Part shown: in pieces, positions 38,718 through 48,341 of the stretch
Layout: every line of letters starts with the position of its first letter
Numbering within the stretch: the first letter of the stretch is position 1
Origin: Vicingaceae bacterium
GTDB lineage: Bacteria > Bacteroidota > Bacteroidia > Flavobacteriales_E > Vicingaceae
Assembly: GCA_047627915.1 (NCBI GenBank)
Contig: JBLHTZ010000009.1
Span: 3,055-67,054, forward strand
Direction: 5' to 3'
Length of the DNA stretch: 64,000 bases
Translations under genes and position numbers: made by a program
The notes under the pieces: model-generated
Databases searched by the model: none
What the model was told of the DNA's origin: nothing
The model's input: the letters and a program-made list of their open reading frames with translations, nothing else

Positions 38718-39096
38718 TTTCTTGTAGAGCTTGTAATTGCTCATTTAGGTTAGGTTTGTCTGTAAAGCTAACCACTCTTACCTTACCATTAGTTAACTTA
38801 AAGCTTATACTTTTGGCTATAGAGTTCCATTTCCATGAAATGGACTTTAAAAGTGAACGGTTAATTTTGGATTGATAAGTACGTTTAAAAAGGAAGTAAA
38901 ATAAGGCAAGAATTGAAAAAATGCCGATAACTAACCACAAAATGTTGAGCCAAGAGGTTAGTGGGTGATCTGAACCAGCTAGGAATATAATCGGATTGAA
39001 AATATTGATGCAAAGTAAGAAGGTGATTAAAAAGCGCTGTTGTTTAGCGGAATCCTTAATTACAATAGAATTATTTCCAAAAATAAGCTCAACCAT
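38698..39096 (-). CDS. hypothetical membrane protein
   Basis: 132 aa with two hydrophobic helices and then a soluble tail. No recognisable motif. Confidence 0.45.
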   Translation of the reverse strand: MVELIFGNNSIVIKDSAKQQRFLITFLLCINIFNPIIFLAGSDHPLTSWLNILWLVIGIFSILALFYFLFKRTYQSKINRSLLKSISWKWNSIAKSISFKLTNGKVRVVSFTDKPNLNEQLQALQENGYETS

Positions 39097-39102
39097 AAAA
39101 TA

Positions 39103-39143
39103 AAAATAAAAAAAAGCCGATTAACAATTTGCTAATCGGCTTT
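39103..39143 (-). terminator. intrinsic terminator downstream of fumC
   Basis: gccgatta / taatcggc stem. On the minus strand it is followed by TTTTTTTTATTTTTATTTT. Confidence 0.7.
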
Positions 39144-39165
39144 AACTGTGTTGTTGTGTTTGTCT

Positions 39166-40563
39166 TTACAAACTTCCTATCATCTTACTCGGGTCAACCC
39201 ACGCATCAAACTCTTCAGCAGTTAAATAACCTAAGTTAATAGACTCTTCTTTCAGCGTAGTACCATTTTCATGAGCGGTCTTTGCAATTTTAGAAGCTTT
39301 GTCGTAACCAATGTGAGTATTTAAAGCCGTTACCAACATTAAGGAATTGTTCAAGTTTTGCTTAATATTCGATTCATTCGGTTCAATTCCAACAGCGCAA
39401 TTGTCGTTGAAAGAAACGCAAGCATCGCCAATTAAACGAGCAGACTCTAATAAGTTTTGCGCCATCATTGGTTTAAAAACATTTAATTCAAAATGCCCGC
39501 TCATTCCGCCAGCAGTAACCGCCATGTCGTTTCCAACTACTTGAGCGCAAACCATGGTTAAAGCTTCAGCTTGTGTCGGGTTTACTTTACCCGGCATAAT
39601 GGAAGACCCTGGTTCGTTTGCCGGAATGTTCAATTCTCCAATTCCACATCGTGGTCCAGAAGCTAACAAACGAATGTCATTTCCTATCTTCATTAGACTT
39701 ACTGCCAACTGCTTCAATGCTCCATGTGTTTCAACAATGGCATCATGCGCTGCTAATGCTTCGAATTTATTCTCAGCAGTAATAAATGGCAATTTGGTAA
39801 ATTCAGCAATTTTCTTCGCTACCAATTCAGAATATCCTTTTGGAGTATTAATTCCTGTTCCAACTGCAGTTCCGCCTAAAGCTAACTCAGAAAGATGATC
39901 TAGTGTATTTCTGAGTGCTTTTAAACCATGATCTAATTGAGAGATATAACCTGAAAATTCTTGTCCAACGGTAAGTGGAGTAGCATCCATTAAGTGCGTT
40001 CTCCCAATTTTTACAACACCCATATACTTTTCAGCTTTCGCTTTCAAAGTATCTCTTAATTTTTCAACTCCTGGAATGGTTGTTTCAACCACCATTTTAT
40101 AGCAAGCAATGTGCATTCCTGTTGGGAATGTATCGTTAGAAGACTGCGACTTGTTTACATCATCGTTCGGGTGAATTGCCGTTTTGCCTTCTCCTAAAAT
40201 GTTGCCTGTAAGCACATGGGCCCTATTGGCAATAACTTCATTGGTGTTCATGTTACTTTGGGTTCCTGATCCTGTTTGCCAAATCACTAATGGAAATTGA
40301 TCGTCCAACTTCCCTTCTAAAATTTCATCACAAACGGCAGAAATAGCATCTCTTTTTTCAGTTGCTAAAACACCCAATTCACAGTTAGTGTGCGCTGCTG
40401 CTTTTTTCAAATAAGCAAAGCCATATATTATCTCAAGGGGCATTTGTTGTTTGCTTCCACCAATTTTAAAATTGTTTCTAGAGCGCTCAGTTTGTGCTCC
40501 CCAATACTTGTCAGCAGGAACTTTAACATCGCCCATGGTATCCTTCTCAATTCTATATTCCAT
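39166..40563 (-). CDS. fumC: class II fumarate hydratase
   Basis: [11 protein letters not shown] signature. 465 aa. Confidence 0.96.
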   Translation of the reverse strand: MEYRIEKDTMGDVKVPADKYWGAQTERSRNNFKIGGSKQQMPLEIIYGFAYLKKAAAHTNCELGVLATEKRDAISAVCDEILEGKLDDQFPLVIWQTGSGTQSNMNTNEVIANRAHVLTGNILGEGKTAIHPNDDVNKSQSSNDTFPTGMHIACYKMVVETTIPGVEKLRDTLKAKAEKYMGVVKIGRTHLMDATPLTVGQEFSGYISQLDHGLKALRNTLDHLSELALGGTAVGTGINTPKGYSELVAKKIAEFTKLPFITAENKFEALAAHDAIVETHGALKQLAVSLMKIGNDIRLLASGPRCGIGELNIPANEPGSSIMPGKVNPTQAEALTMVCAQVVGNDMAVTAGGMSGHFELNVFKPMMAQNLLESARLIGDACVSFNDNCAVGIEPNESNIKQNLNNSLMLVTALNTHIGYDKASKIAKTAHENGTTLKEESINLGYLTAEEFDAWVDPSKMIGSL

Positions 40564-40637
40564 GTTATTTTTGTTTTATAATTTTATCTAATCGGCTAAA
40601 TTTTGCGTAAAATTGCAAAGAATTTTATTTAGAAACT

Positions 40638-40796
40638 ATGTATACAGCGGGTTTTTTATTGTTTATTGGTATTTTTTCTTTGGCGTTTTGGGTATTAATC
40701 TTTCTTTCTGCCTTCGCTTTACCTTACGCAATAACCATGTATGTCATTGAAATGCTGAAAGGTAAAAAGGCAGATAAAGCAGCTGATTCAGAATAA
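40638..40796 (+). CDS. possible 52-aa membrane peptide
   Basis: Manual translation gives MYTAGFLLFIGIFSLAFWVLIFLSAFALPYAITMYVIEMLKGKKADKAADSE: two hydrophobic segments and a charged tail. It is below the size cut-off of the ORF track, and its 3' end overlaps the arsC-like gene by 9 nt. Confidence 0.3.
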   Translation: MYTAGFLLFIGIFSLAFWVLIFLSAFALPYAITMYVIEMLKGKKADKAADSE

Positions 40797-41132
40797 GTCT
40801 TTCACGTTTTCAGGTGGTCTTCCTAGAACTGCCTTATTTCCTCTTACCACTATAGGCCTCTCAATTAACTTAGGATTTTCAAGCATTATTTGAATTAATT
40901 CCTCGTCTCCAAAACTCTTGCCTTTTATTATTTTTCTGTAGGCAGTTTCTCCCTTTCTTAAAATATCAGCAGGTTTTAAGTTCAACTTCATTAAAATGTC
41001 CAACAGTTCTTCTTTGGAAGGAACTTGATCTAAATATTTAATAATTTCCGGTTGAATTCCTGCTTCTTCAATTAATGCTAGCGTTTGTCTGCTTTTGGTG
41101 CAGCGTGGGTTGTGATATATTTTCATGTGCAT
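40788..41132 (-). CDS. ArsC/Spx-family reductase (glutaredoxin-type arsenate reductase-like)
   Basis: IYHNPRCTKSRQTL active-site motif. 114 aa. Confidence 0.8.
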   Translation of the reverse strand: MHMKIYHNPRCTKSRQTLALIEEAGIQPEIIKYLDQVPSKEELLDILMKLNLKPADILRKGETAYRKIIKGKSFGDEELIQIMLENPKLIERPIVVRGNKAVLGRPPENVKDLF

Positions 41133-41133
41133 T

Positions 41134-41646
41134 TTATTTAAACCAACTTGAATACGTTAAATAATTGTCAGCTATTCGTTCAATTTCTCCGGTTTTTAAA
41201 TCTTCACTTAACGCTTTGATTTTTTTAGCAGGCGTGCCTGCATAGATAAACCCGGATTCTAATCGACTGTTTTGGGTTACAACAGCTCCTGCTGCAACAA
41301 TTACATTACTTTCAACTACAACATTGTCCATTATAATTGAACCCATACCAATTAGCACATTGTCATGAATTTCGCAGCCATGAACAATTGCATTATGTCC
41401 AACAGAAACGTTATTGCCTATGATTGTTTTTGATTTTTTATAGGTACAGTGAATGACTGCTCCATCTTGAATGTTAACCTTATTTCCCAATGAAATAGTA
41501 TTTACATCTCCGCGAACAACAGCGCTATACCAAATGCTACAATCGTCTCCTGTTGTAACATCTCCGATGAGGGTAGCATTTTCCGCTAAAAAGCAATTTT
41601 TTCCCATTTTAGGGGTAAAACCACGAACAGTTTTTATCAATGCCAT
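41134..41646 (-). CDS. gamma-class carbonic anhydrase-like hexapeptide-repeat protein
   Basis: Left-handed beta-helix hexapeptide repeats. The size and the ending (NYLTYSSWFK) fit my recollection of the YrdA/PaaY family. Confidence 0.8.
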   Translation of the reverse strand: MALIKTVRGFTPKMGKNCFLAENATLIGDVTTGDDCSIWYSAVVRGDVNTISLGNKVNIQDGAVIHCTYKKSKTIIGNNVSVGHNAIVHGCEIHDNVLIGMGSIIMDNVVVESNVIVAAGAVVTQNSRLESGFIYAGTPAKKIKALSEDLKTGEIERIADNYLTYSSWFK

Positions 41647-41696
41647 GTTATAATAATTAGTATTCTATTTGGCAAAGCTAATGATGATTTGTTGAG

Positions 41697-41704
41697 TAAT
41701 TTTG
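41697..41704 (+). promoter_or_regulatory. -7 promoter box TAATTTTG abutting the Nfu-type gene
   Basis: Exact TAnnTTTG match ending 4 nt before the ATG at 41709. Confidence 0.4.
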
Positions 41705-41708
41705 ACCT

Positions 41709-42323
41709 ATGGAAAAAACAATAGCACCACACAATATATACGCAGAAAGCACACCAAATCCAGCTACGATGAAGTTCGTTTCGAACCGCTATATGGTGGT
41801 TGATGGACAGATTTATGAGTACGGATTAGATGACGATGCCGACAATTCTCCTATGGCAGTGAAGTTGCTGAACTTCCCTTTTATTTCGAAAGTTTTTATC
41901 GCAAGTAATTTTGTTGCAATTACAAAAACCGACATCATTGAATGGGAGGATGTAATTCACCAATTGAGAGATTTTCTTGGTGATTATTTGAATAACGATG
42001 GAGTAGTAGTGAAAATTTCATCACTTGAAATGGATCAGGTGGAAGAAAAGAAAGAAACAGTTGCTACGCGAAAACGAACTGATTTAGAGGGTATAGATGC
42101 AAAAATTGCAGATATTTTAGATGAGTACATACGACCTGCAGTAGAAAGCGACGGCGGAGCCATTGACTTTCATTCTTTTGAAGAAGGCAAGGTGAACGTT
42201 GTGCTAAGAGGTGCGTGTAGTGGGTGTCCTTCCTCAACCATGACGTTGAAAGCAGGAATTGAAAGTATGCTTAAAGAAATGCTACCCAATCAAATTACAG
42301 AGGTTGTTGCGATTAATGGTTAA
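41709..42323 (+). CDS. NifU/Nfu-type Fe-S cluster scaffold protein
   Basis: Nfu_N-like N-terminal domain plus a C-terminal GACSGCPSS (CxxC) NifU motif. Confidence 0.85.
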   Translation: MEKTIAPHNIYAESTPNPATMKFVSNRYMVVDGQIYEYGLDDDADNSPMAVKLLNFPFISKVFIASNFVAITKTDIIEWEDVIHQLRDFLGDYLNNDGVVVKISSLEMDQVEEKKETVATRKRTDLEGIDAKIADILDEYIRPAVESDGGAIDFHSFEEGKVNVVLRGACSGCPSSTMTLKAGIESMLKEMLPNQITEVVAING

Positions 42324-42349
42324 TTTTAGTTGTTAAAACCAACACTAAA

Positions 42350-43699
42350 ATGAAAAAGCTACTATTCGCGCTAAGCCTATCGCTTACTTTTCATTCGTAT
42401 TCCCAAATTACCATAACAAGCGCTAACATGCCTGTTTCAGGAGATACATTGAGGTTTAGTGCAGCTATTCTTGATACTGCTGTATTATTAAATTATCAAA
42501 GAAATGGGGCGAACCAAACTTGGAACTTTAATTCGTTGCGACCTATTGGTCAGACTGTTCAGAACTTTGTGAGCTCTTCTCAGACTCCATACAATACGGT
42601 TCCAACCAGTAGAATTGGACTGTTGTTTGCAGATACGTTGTCTTTAGGGCCAAATTCCGTAACTAACGTTTACAACTTTGTAAACTCTACTTCAACTGAT
42701 TTTTCGATCGACTGGAGAGCTGCGACTTTGCCATTTTTGGGCAGTGCTATTCCAATTCAGATTCCCTTTCAAGATAGAGATGAGGTTTTTCAATTTCCAT
42801 TAGATTACCTGGATCGAGACAGTTCCGTTTACAACTTTGTTTTTAATAATGTTTTCCCTCCACTTTACTATGGTTCTTCAGGCTATAGGATAAATGAAGT
42901 AGATGGTTGGGGAACAGTGAGCACGCCTTATGGAAGATTTAATACATTGAGGATAATCACTGATATGGTTTCAATGGATACGATTAGCTTTTCCGGACAA
43001 AATATTTCTATTCCTAGTCATGTAAGAACGTACCAGTGGATCGCAAATGGTGAACGTATTCCGGTAATGACTGTTAATGGCTTAGTAATAGCAGGAGCAT
43101 TTGTTCCCAATTCAGTTGAATTTAGAGATAGCGCAAGAGTGATTACTCCTCTAATACCATCGATAGCAATTTTTACAGCGGATACCACAGTGGTAGATTT
43201 GAACGATACCCTTGGTTTTACTAACCTTTCTATTGGAGGACTTGGACTAACCCACGAATGGAGTTTTAATCCGAATAATGTAGTATATAGAAGCGGAAAT
43301 TCTGCGAGTAGAAATATCGAAGTGAGTTTTACAGATACAGGTTTCTATGATGTGCAATTAATTGTTTCGGCAGGAACTTCTAAAGATACGTTGCTAAGAG
43401 AAAACTACATAAAAGTTTTAGGTTCCAATGGAATACAATCAGTGAATAACGAGTTGTTGAACAGAATATTATTATCTCCTAACCCTGCGAAACTCGGGGA
43501 TGATTTGGTTTTACGGGTTGAAAACGAGATTGACTTGATCGGCTATGAAGTAGTCGATGTACAGGGGAAAGTAATTGAACGGATGAAAGTGATGAATAAA
43601 AGGTCTGTAGGTTTGAAAGCTCCAATTACAAGTGGTATTTATTTCTACAAAGTCATAACACGACAAGGTTCAATTGTGAAAAAAATCATCGTTGAGTAA
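42350..43699 (+). CDS. T9SS C-terminal-domain secreted protein with PKD-like domain
   Basis: Signal peptide, PKD-like segment (FTNLSIGG...WSFNPNN...YDVQLIV), and C-terminal sorting domain (LLSPNPA...GIYFYKVIT). Confidence 0.75.
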   Translation: MKKLLFALSLSLTFHSYSQITITSANMPVSGDTLRFSAAILDTAVLLNYQRNGANQTWNFNSLRPIGQTVQNFVSSSQTPYNTVPTSRIGLLFADTLSLGPNSVTNVYNFVNSTSTDFSIDWRAATLPFLGSAIPIQIPFQDRDEVFQFPLDYLDRDSSVYNFVFNNVFPPLYYGSSGYRINEVDGWGTVSTPYGRFNTLRIITDMVSMDTISFSGQNISIPSHVRTYQWIANGERIPVMTVNGLVIAGAFVPNSVEFRDSARVITPLIPSIAIFTADTTVVDLNDTLGFTNLSIGGLGLTHEWSFNPNNVVYRSGNSASRNIEVSFTDTGFYDVQLIVSAGTSKDTLLRENYIKVLGSNGIQSVNNELLNRILLSPNPAKLGDDLVLRVENEIDLIGYEVVDVQGKVIERMKVMNKRSVGLKAPITSGIYFYKVITRQGSIVKKIIVE

Positions 43700-45422
43700 A
43701 CTCGGTTACGTATTTCTTCTTTCTTCGATTTTTTTAGCTTCGACTTTCTTTGCTCAAAACGAAGCTCTTTTTCTCCAAAATAAAACGTTTACATATGCTG
43801 ATTTAATTCAAACGTATCAGCGTTTGTCTGCCAATAGTCCTTTCGTAAATCTATCAGAAGCAGGGAGGTCTGATATAGGAAAACCAATTCACTTGGTCGT
43901 AATTGCTAAGGATGGAGATTTTTCTTTTGAAAAAACAAGAAAAAATGGGAAGTCGATTTTGCTGATTAATAATGGCATTCATGCCGGAGAAGCCTGTGGG
44001 ATAGATGCTTCAGTCGAGTTGGCCAAAAAATTAGCCAACCCGAATCACGAATTGCATAAAATGTTAGACTCTGTGGTTGTGCTAATTATTCCGGTGTACA
44101 ATGTTGGGGGTATGCTAAATCGAGGATCGTTTTCAAGAGCCAATCAAAATGGGCCTGAGGAGCACGGCTTTCGTGGGAACGCTAAAAATTTGGATTTAAA
44201 TCGCGATTTTATAAAGTTGGACTCAAGAAATGCAAAGACTTTTACGAAACTATTTAGAGCGTGGGATCCCGATATTTTTGTTGATACGCATACGACGAAC
44301 GGTTCAGACCACCAGTATACACTGACGTTAATTAATACACAAAAAGACAAGTTAAACCCTGTTTTATCTCAATTTGCCGAGCAAGAGATGGTACCAGCCT
44401 TTTATCAACAAATGCGAGAGAAAGGTATGGATATGATTCCCTATGTTTATAACTTTAAGTCATCTCCTGACCAAGGGATTAAAGCATTTTTGGAGACCCC
44501 ACGTTACTCTTCTGGCTATGCTTCTTTATTCGATTGTTTTAGTTTTATAACCGAAGCACATGTATATAAGCCATTTTCCCAGAGGGTAAAACATACGCTA
44601 GGCTTTTTAGAAACGGTCGTTTCCTATGCTGCTGAAAATTCAAACGCGATTCAGCAAAAGAGAGATGCTGCGAAGGAACACACTAAAAGTCAAAAGCAAT
44701 TTCCCATTGAATGGGAACTAGACACACTTAGGTTTGAGGAAATTCCATTCAACGGGTACAATACGATTTTTCGAAAAAGCGAGCTTATCAATCAGGAGAT
44801 GATGTTTTACAATAGGGAGAAGTCTTTTAGCAAAGAAATTCGATATTACAATTCTTTTAAACCGAAAAAGGTAGTTGAAAAACCTATTTTTTACGCTGTT
44901 CCTCAAGCATATGAAGGAGTAATTGAACGAATGCTCTTGAATAATGTTAAAATAATAGCTCTTAAAAATGATACGTTAGTAGATCTTCAAGTTTATTACA
45001 TTGATGAATACAATTCACCAAAAACACCTTATGAAGGTCATTTCTTGCATTCTGAGATTGAGGTAGAAAAACATTTGGAGCGAATTCAGTTGTACGAAGG
45101 GGACTACTTAATTGAGGTAAATCAAGAAGCCAACAGATACATTGTAGAAACGCTAGAGCCGCAATCTGTAGATGGGTTTTTTGCATGGAATTTCTTCGAA
45201 GGTATTTTACAACAAAAGGAGTGGTTTTCTGATTATGCTTTTGAACCCAAGGCCATACAATTTTTGGAAGATAATCCTCAAATCAAAAAAGAGTTTGAAA
45301 ATAAAAAAGCAGTTGATGAGGGTTTTGCTAAAAACACATGGGCACAATTGTATTTTATTTATAAAAAGTCACCTTATTACGAAAAAACAGTTAACCGTTA
45401 TCCGGTATATAGAATTGAATGA
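43692..45422 (+). CDS. M14-family zinc carboxypeptidase-like protein
   Basis: Signal peptide that requires the TTG start, plus NGIHAGEACG (HxxE zinc site), NRDF and DTHTT motifs. Confidence 0.8.
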   Translation: MSKLGYVFLLSSIFLASTFFAQNEALFLQNKTFTYADLIQTYQRLSANSPFVNLSEAGRSDIGKPIHLVVIAKDGDFSFEKTRKNGKSILLINNGIHAGEACGIDASVELAKKLANPNHELHKMLDSVVVLIIPVYNVGGMLNRGSFSRANQNGPEEHGFRGNAKNLDLNRDFIKLDSRNAKTFTKLFRAWDPDIFVDTHTTNGSDHQYTLTLINTQKDKLNPVLSQFAEQEMVPAFYQQMREKGMDMIPYVYNFKSSPDQGIKAFLETPRYSSGYASLFDCFSFITEAHVYKPFSQRVKHTLGFLETVVSYAAENSNAIQQKRDAAKEHTKSQKQFPIEWELDTLRFEEIPFNGYNTIFRKSELINQEMMFYNREKSFSKEIRYYNSFKPKKVVEKPIFYAVPQAYEGVIERMLLNNVKIIALKNDTLVDLQVYYIDEYNSPKTPYEGHFLHSEIEVEKHLERIQLYEGDYLIEVNQEANRYIVETLEPQSVDGFFAWNFFEGILQQKEWFSDYAFEPKAIQFLEDNPQIKKEFENKKAVDEGFAKNTWAQLYFIYKKSPYYEKTVNRYPVYRIE

Positions 45423-46783
45423 AGCATAAGAAAAGAAACGAAAATCTAGTAGAACAGTTCGTAACTGAGCGCAGTTATCCGATTGATAAGTTGCTTCAGC
45501 CGATGGATAATTTGTTGAGAAATAAGCCTGTATCTGGCATTTTGTTATTTCTAGCGGTAATTGTTGCAATGGTATGGGTCAACTCTCCTTGGAGAGAAAC
45601 CTATCATCACCTATGGGAAACACCATTTACCATTGGGTTTGGAGAAAACAACATCAGTAAAGACCTCCATCACTGGATTAATGATGGGTTGATGGCGGTG
45701 TTCTTTTTTGTGGTTGGACTAGAGATTAAACGAGAAGTAATGGCAGGAGATTTATCTACCTGGAAGAAAGCTTCTTTACCTGCCGCTGCAGCTTTAGGTG
45801 GTATGATATTGCCAGCTATAATTTTTTCTATTTTCAATTTGGGAACACCAACAGAAGGAGGATGGGGCGTTCCTATGGCAACTGATATAGCTTTTACCTT
45901 AGGTGTTTTATCGCTTTTAGGAAATCGAATCCCACTTAGCTTAAAGCTGTTTTTAACCGCACTGGCAATCGTTGATGACTTAGGCGCAGTGTTGGTGATT
46001 GCATTCTTTTATACGGATAACTTATTACTTCTTTACTTAGAGTATGGCGCAGGGTTTTTAGCATTTCTGTTGTTAATGAATTATTTAGGAGTTCGAAAAA
46101 CAAGAATATATGCCATTGTTGGAATTTGTGGTTTGTGGTATGCTTTTTTGATGTCAGGAGTTCATGCCACCATAGCTGGAGTGTTATTGGCCTTTACAAT
46201 TCCGGCCAAGACCAGAATTAATAAAAGAGGGTTTATTAATCATGTTAAGCAGCTTTTGAATAAACTACAACGAACGAAATCGATTGATGGTCAATATTTG
46301 AGTGACGAGCAACATGAAATTATTGAAGACATTAAAGAACAGCGAGAAAAAATTGAGACACCGTTACAAAAGTTGGAGTATAATTTGAATCCAATTGTTT
46401 CTTTTTTTATACTGCCCTTATTTGCCTTGGCGAATGCAGGGATCGAAATTCAGCCGGAGTCATGGAGTGGTTTGCTAGAGCCGGTTTCAATAGGAATAGT
46501 GACGGGATTAATTGTTGGGAAATGTATTGGAATACTTAGTTTTTCAGCTTTATTTGTAAAGTTGGGAATATCTGAATTACCTAGGAATACCAATTGGGGC
46601 ACTATGACGGGAGCAGCAATTATGGCTGGCATTGGTTTTACGATGTCTATTTTTATATCTGAACTCGCTTTCGAAGACCCTGCAGTCAAAGCCCAAGCGA
46701 AACTTGCAATCTTAATTGCTTCAACCATTGCTGGAATAGTTGGTATGGTGGTGATTAAAGCTTTTGTTGGGAAGAAGGTATGA
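45419..46783 (+). CDS. nhaA: Na+/H+ antiporter NhaA
   Basis: NhaA hallmarks WINDGLMAVFFF.VGLEIKRE and ALAIVDDLGAV. The start overlaps the upstream stop (ATGA). Confidence 0.93.
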   Translation: MKHKKRNENLVEQFVTERSYPIDKLLQPMDNLLRNKPVSGILLFLAVIVAMVWVNSPWRETYHHLWETPFTIGFGENNISKDLHHWINDGLMAVFFFVVGLEIKREVMAGDLSTWKKASLPAAAALGGMILPAIIFSIFNLGTPTEGGWGVPMATDIAFTLGVLSLLGNRIPLSLKLFLTALAIVDDLGAVLVIAFFYTDNLLLLYLEYGAGFLAFLLLMNYLGVRKTRIYAIVGICGLWYAFLMSGVHATIAGVLLAFTIPAKTRINKRGFINHVKQLLNKLQRTKSIDGQYLSDEQHEIIEDIKEQREKIETPLQKLEYNLNPIVSFFILPLFALANAGIEIQPESWSGLLEPVSIGIVTGLIVGKCIGILSFSALFVKLGISELPRNTNWGTMTGAAIMAGIGFTMSIFISELAFEDPAVKAQAKLAILIASTIAGIVGMVVIKAFVGKKV

Positions 46784-46839
46784 ACTCAACTATTCTATAA
46801 TAATTAAACATAAAAGTTACTCAATTAGGATAAGAACAG

Positions 46840-47466
46840 CTAAAACCCCCAATTCAAAATGGGTAACTTTCTTTTCTCGTTTACATTCCACAAGCCAAAT
46901 TGAAAACCCTTCAATTCTGTAGTGAGGTTGATTAACCCAATTTGTAACCCATTCACCTTTCCAGCTTCGTTAAGAAGGCCAAGTTCTATTCCATTGACAT
47001 ATAGATATTGGTTGCGTAAAATATTTAGAGCAACTCCATTTACTTTATCTCCCATACCTGCTATAGGAGAAAGGGTTATGCCATTTATTTTGGTACTTAA
47101 TGCGCCCAAAGGAGAAACTAACACTCCGTTATGAATTGCACGTAACAGATCTTGATTTTGTAAACTGTCCAAAGGTGTTGGGTTTTTTACTTCTTTACCC
47201 ATGTGCGAATAACTGTCAAATGGACTAAACATTAAAAATATACCTTGTCCTATTAGTTGTATTCCAAGGCCATTACTTTTCTTGTAATATGGATAGCCAC
47301 AAATTGATTCTGAACCTATTGGCCCAATTATTAATCCGGAACTTACAGCTGCTCTAGTTGGTGTAAATACGATTCCGTACCGCTTTTGCTTGACGGAATC
47401 TTTAAGAGGTTGTCCACTTAAAAAGAATGGGAAAATAAAGAAGAGAATGATTGTTGCTTTCTTCAT
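46840..47466 (-). CDS. secreted hypothetical protein with NG.x.GL.N-type short repeats
   Basis: Signal peptide, then a C-terminal half with repeated VNG(I/L/V)x(L/I)G(L)xN units: VNGVALNIL, VNGIELGLLN, VNGLQIGLIN, KGFQFGLWN. Confidence 0.55.
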   Translation of the reverse strand: MKKATIILFFIFPFFLSGQPLKDSVKQKRYGIVFTPTRAAVSSGLIIGPIGSESICGYPYYKKSNGLGIQLIGQGIFLMFSPFDSYSHMGKEVKNPTPLDSLQNQDLLRAIHNGVLVSPLGALSTKINGITLSPIAGMGDKVNGVALNILRNQYLYVNGIELGLLNEAGKVNGLQIGLINLTTELKGFQFGLWNVNEKRKLPILNWGF

Positions 47467-47480
47467 GAAGATAAGTTTAA

Positions 47481-47510
47481 CCGGCGCTATATGTAAACGT
47501 ATAGCGCCGG
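47481..47510 (-). terminator. GC-rich perfect 11-bp hairpin between two co-directional genes
   Basis: ccggcgctata-tgtaaacg-tatagcgccgg, 20 nt after the stop at 47530 and 14 nt before the ATG at 47466. There is no clear U-tract. Confidence 0.5.
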
Positions 47511-47529
47511 AAATATTGATATGGTTTGA

Positions 47530-48096
47530 TTAGTTGGTTGTAATATCAACAATTATATCACCTTCAGGATTTGAATCAAAATCGACAACATAAACGCCTT
47601 CTTGTATTACTAAAGAATTAAATCCAAATTCTACAGCTACATCAGGGCCTAAGTCTTCATTGCTGTTAAATTCAATTTGTCCGTCTATAATTAAATCTGT
47701 GTTATCAGTCAAACTTAATAACATTTGATTCGCAGAAATTTCTTCTAGAATTAATAAAGAATTATTGTCGGTAATGTCTTGTGGTGTAAGGGTGTAGCTC
47801 ACATCTAATGGAATTGGATTAGATGTGCCACCTATGAATCGAATACAAATCCCTGCGCAAGGACCACAAGGCAAAGAATACGGACAATTTCCCCATCTAC
47901 TTGACGGTCTTCCTGAGCGAATTTTAATTTTTTTTCGAGTAGCTTTTGAATTTATTATTTTTTCTTTCGATACTGTTGTTTCGATTACTTCATCCGAAGT
48001 TGTCGTTACATTAGAAGTAACTTCTTCTTTTTCACATGCGACGAAAGAAATTGCTACAACAAATAATATTCCTAAGAATAGTTTTAAATTTTTCAT
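47530..48096 (-). CDS. hypothetical lipoprotein with a four-Cys motif
   Basis: Lipobox AISFVAC, a Ser/Thr/Glu-rich linker, a basic stretch, then CPYSLPCGPCAGIC (C-x6-C-x2-C-x3-C) and an acidic C-terminal domain. Confidence 0.6.
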   Translation of the reverse strand: MKNLKLFLGILFVVAISFVACEKEEVTSNVTTTSDEVIETTVSKEKIINSKATRKKIKIRSGRPSSRWGNCPYSLPCGPCAGICIRFIGGTSNPIPLDVSYTLTPQDITDNNSLLILEEISANQMLLSLTDNTDLIIDGQIEFNSNEDLGPDVAVEFGFNSLVIQEGVYVVDFDSNPEGDIIVDITTN

Positions 48097-48286
48097 AATT
48101 TGTTTTTTAAAGTTAATAATTAATATTATCCTTTAACTAACCTATTATATGAACTTTTCTGTTTGGAAGGCTCTAGTTTTAGTGTTTCCTAAAATGTGCC
48201 TTGCTGTTGGGTTTAAAAGCAGTGTAAAATTGGTAGTAGCCAAGAATAATTCAAATATACTAGATGTGTTGTCAGTCATTTAGCTA

Positions 48287-48332
48287 TTTAGAGTCTAAAT
48301 TATGACAAATTATGTCTAATTTAGACTCTAAA
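48287..48332. promoter_or_regulatory. two copies of the 13-bp palindrome TTTAGA(G/C)TCTAAA; candidate XRE operator pair
   Basis: Sites at 48287..48299 and 48320..48332, centres 33 bp apart. Together they form a perfect 16-bp inverted repeat TTTAGAGTCTAAATTA / TAATTTAGACTCTAAA that ends 9 nt before the ATG at 48342. Confidence 0.6.
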
Positions 48333-48341
48333 AATTAGTAA

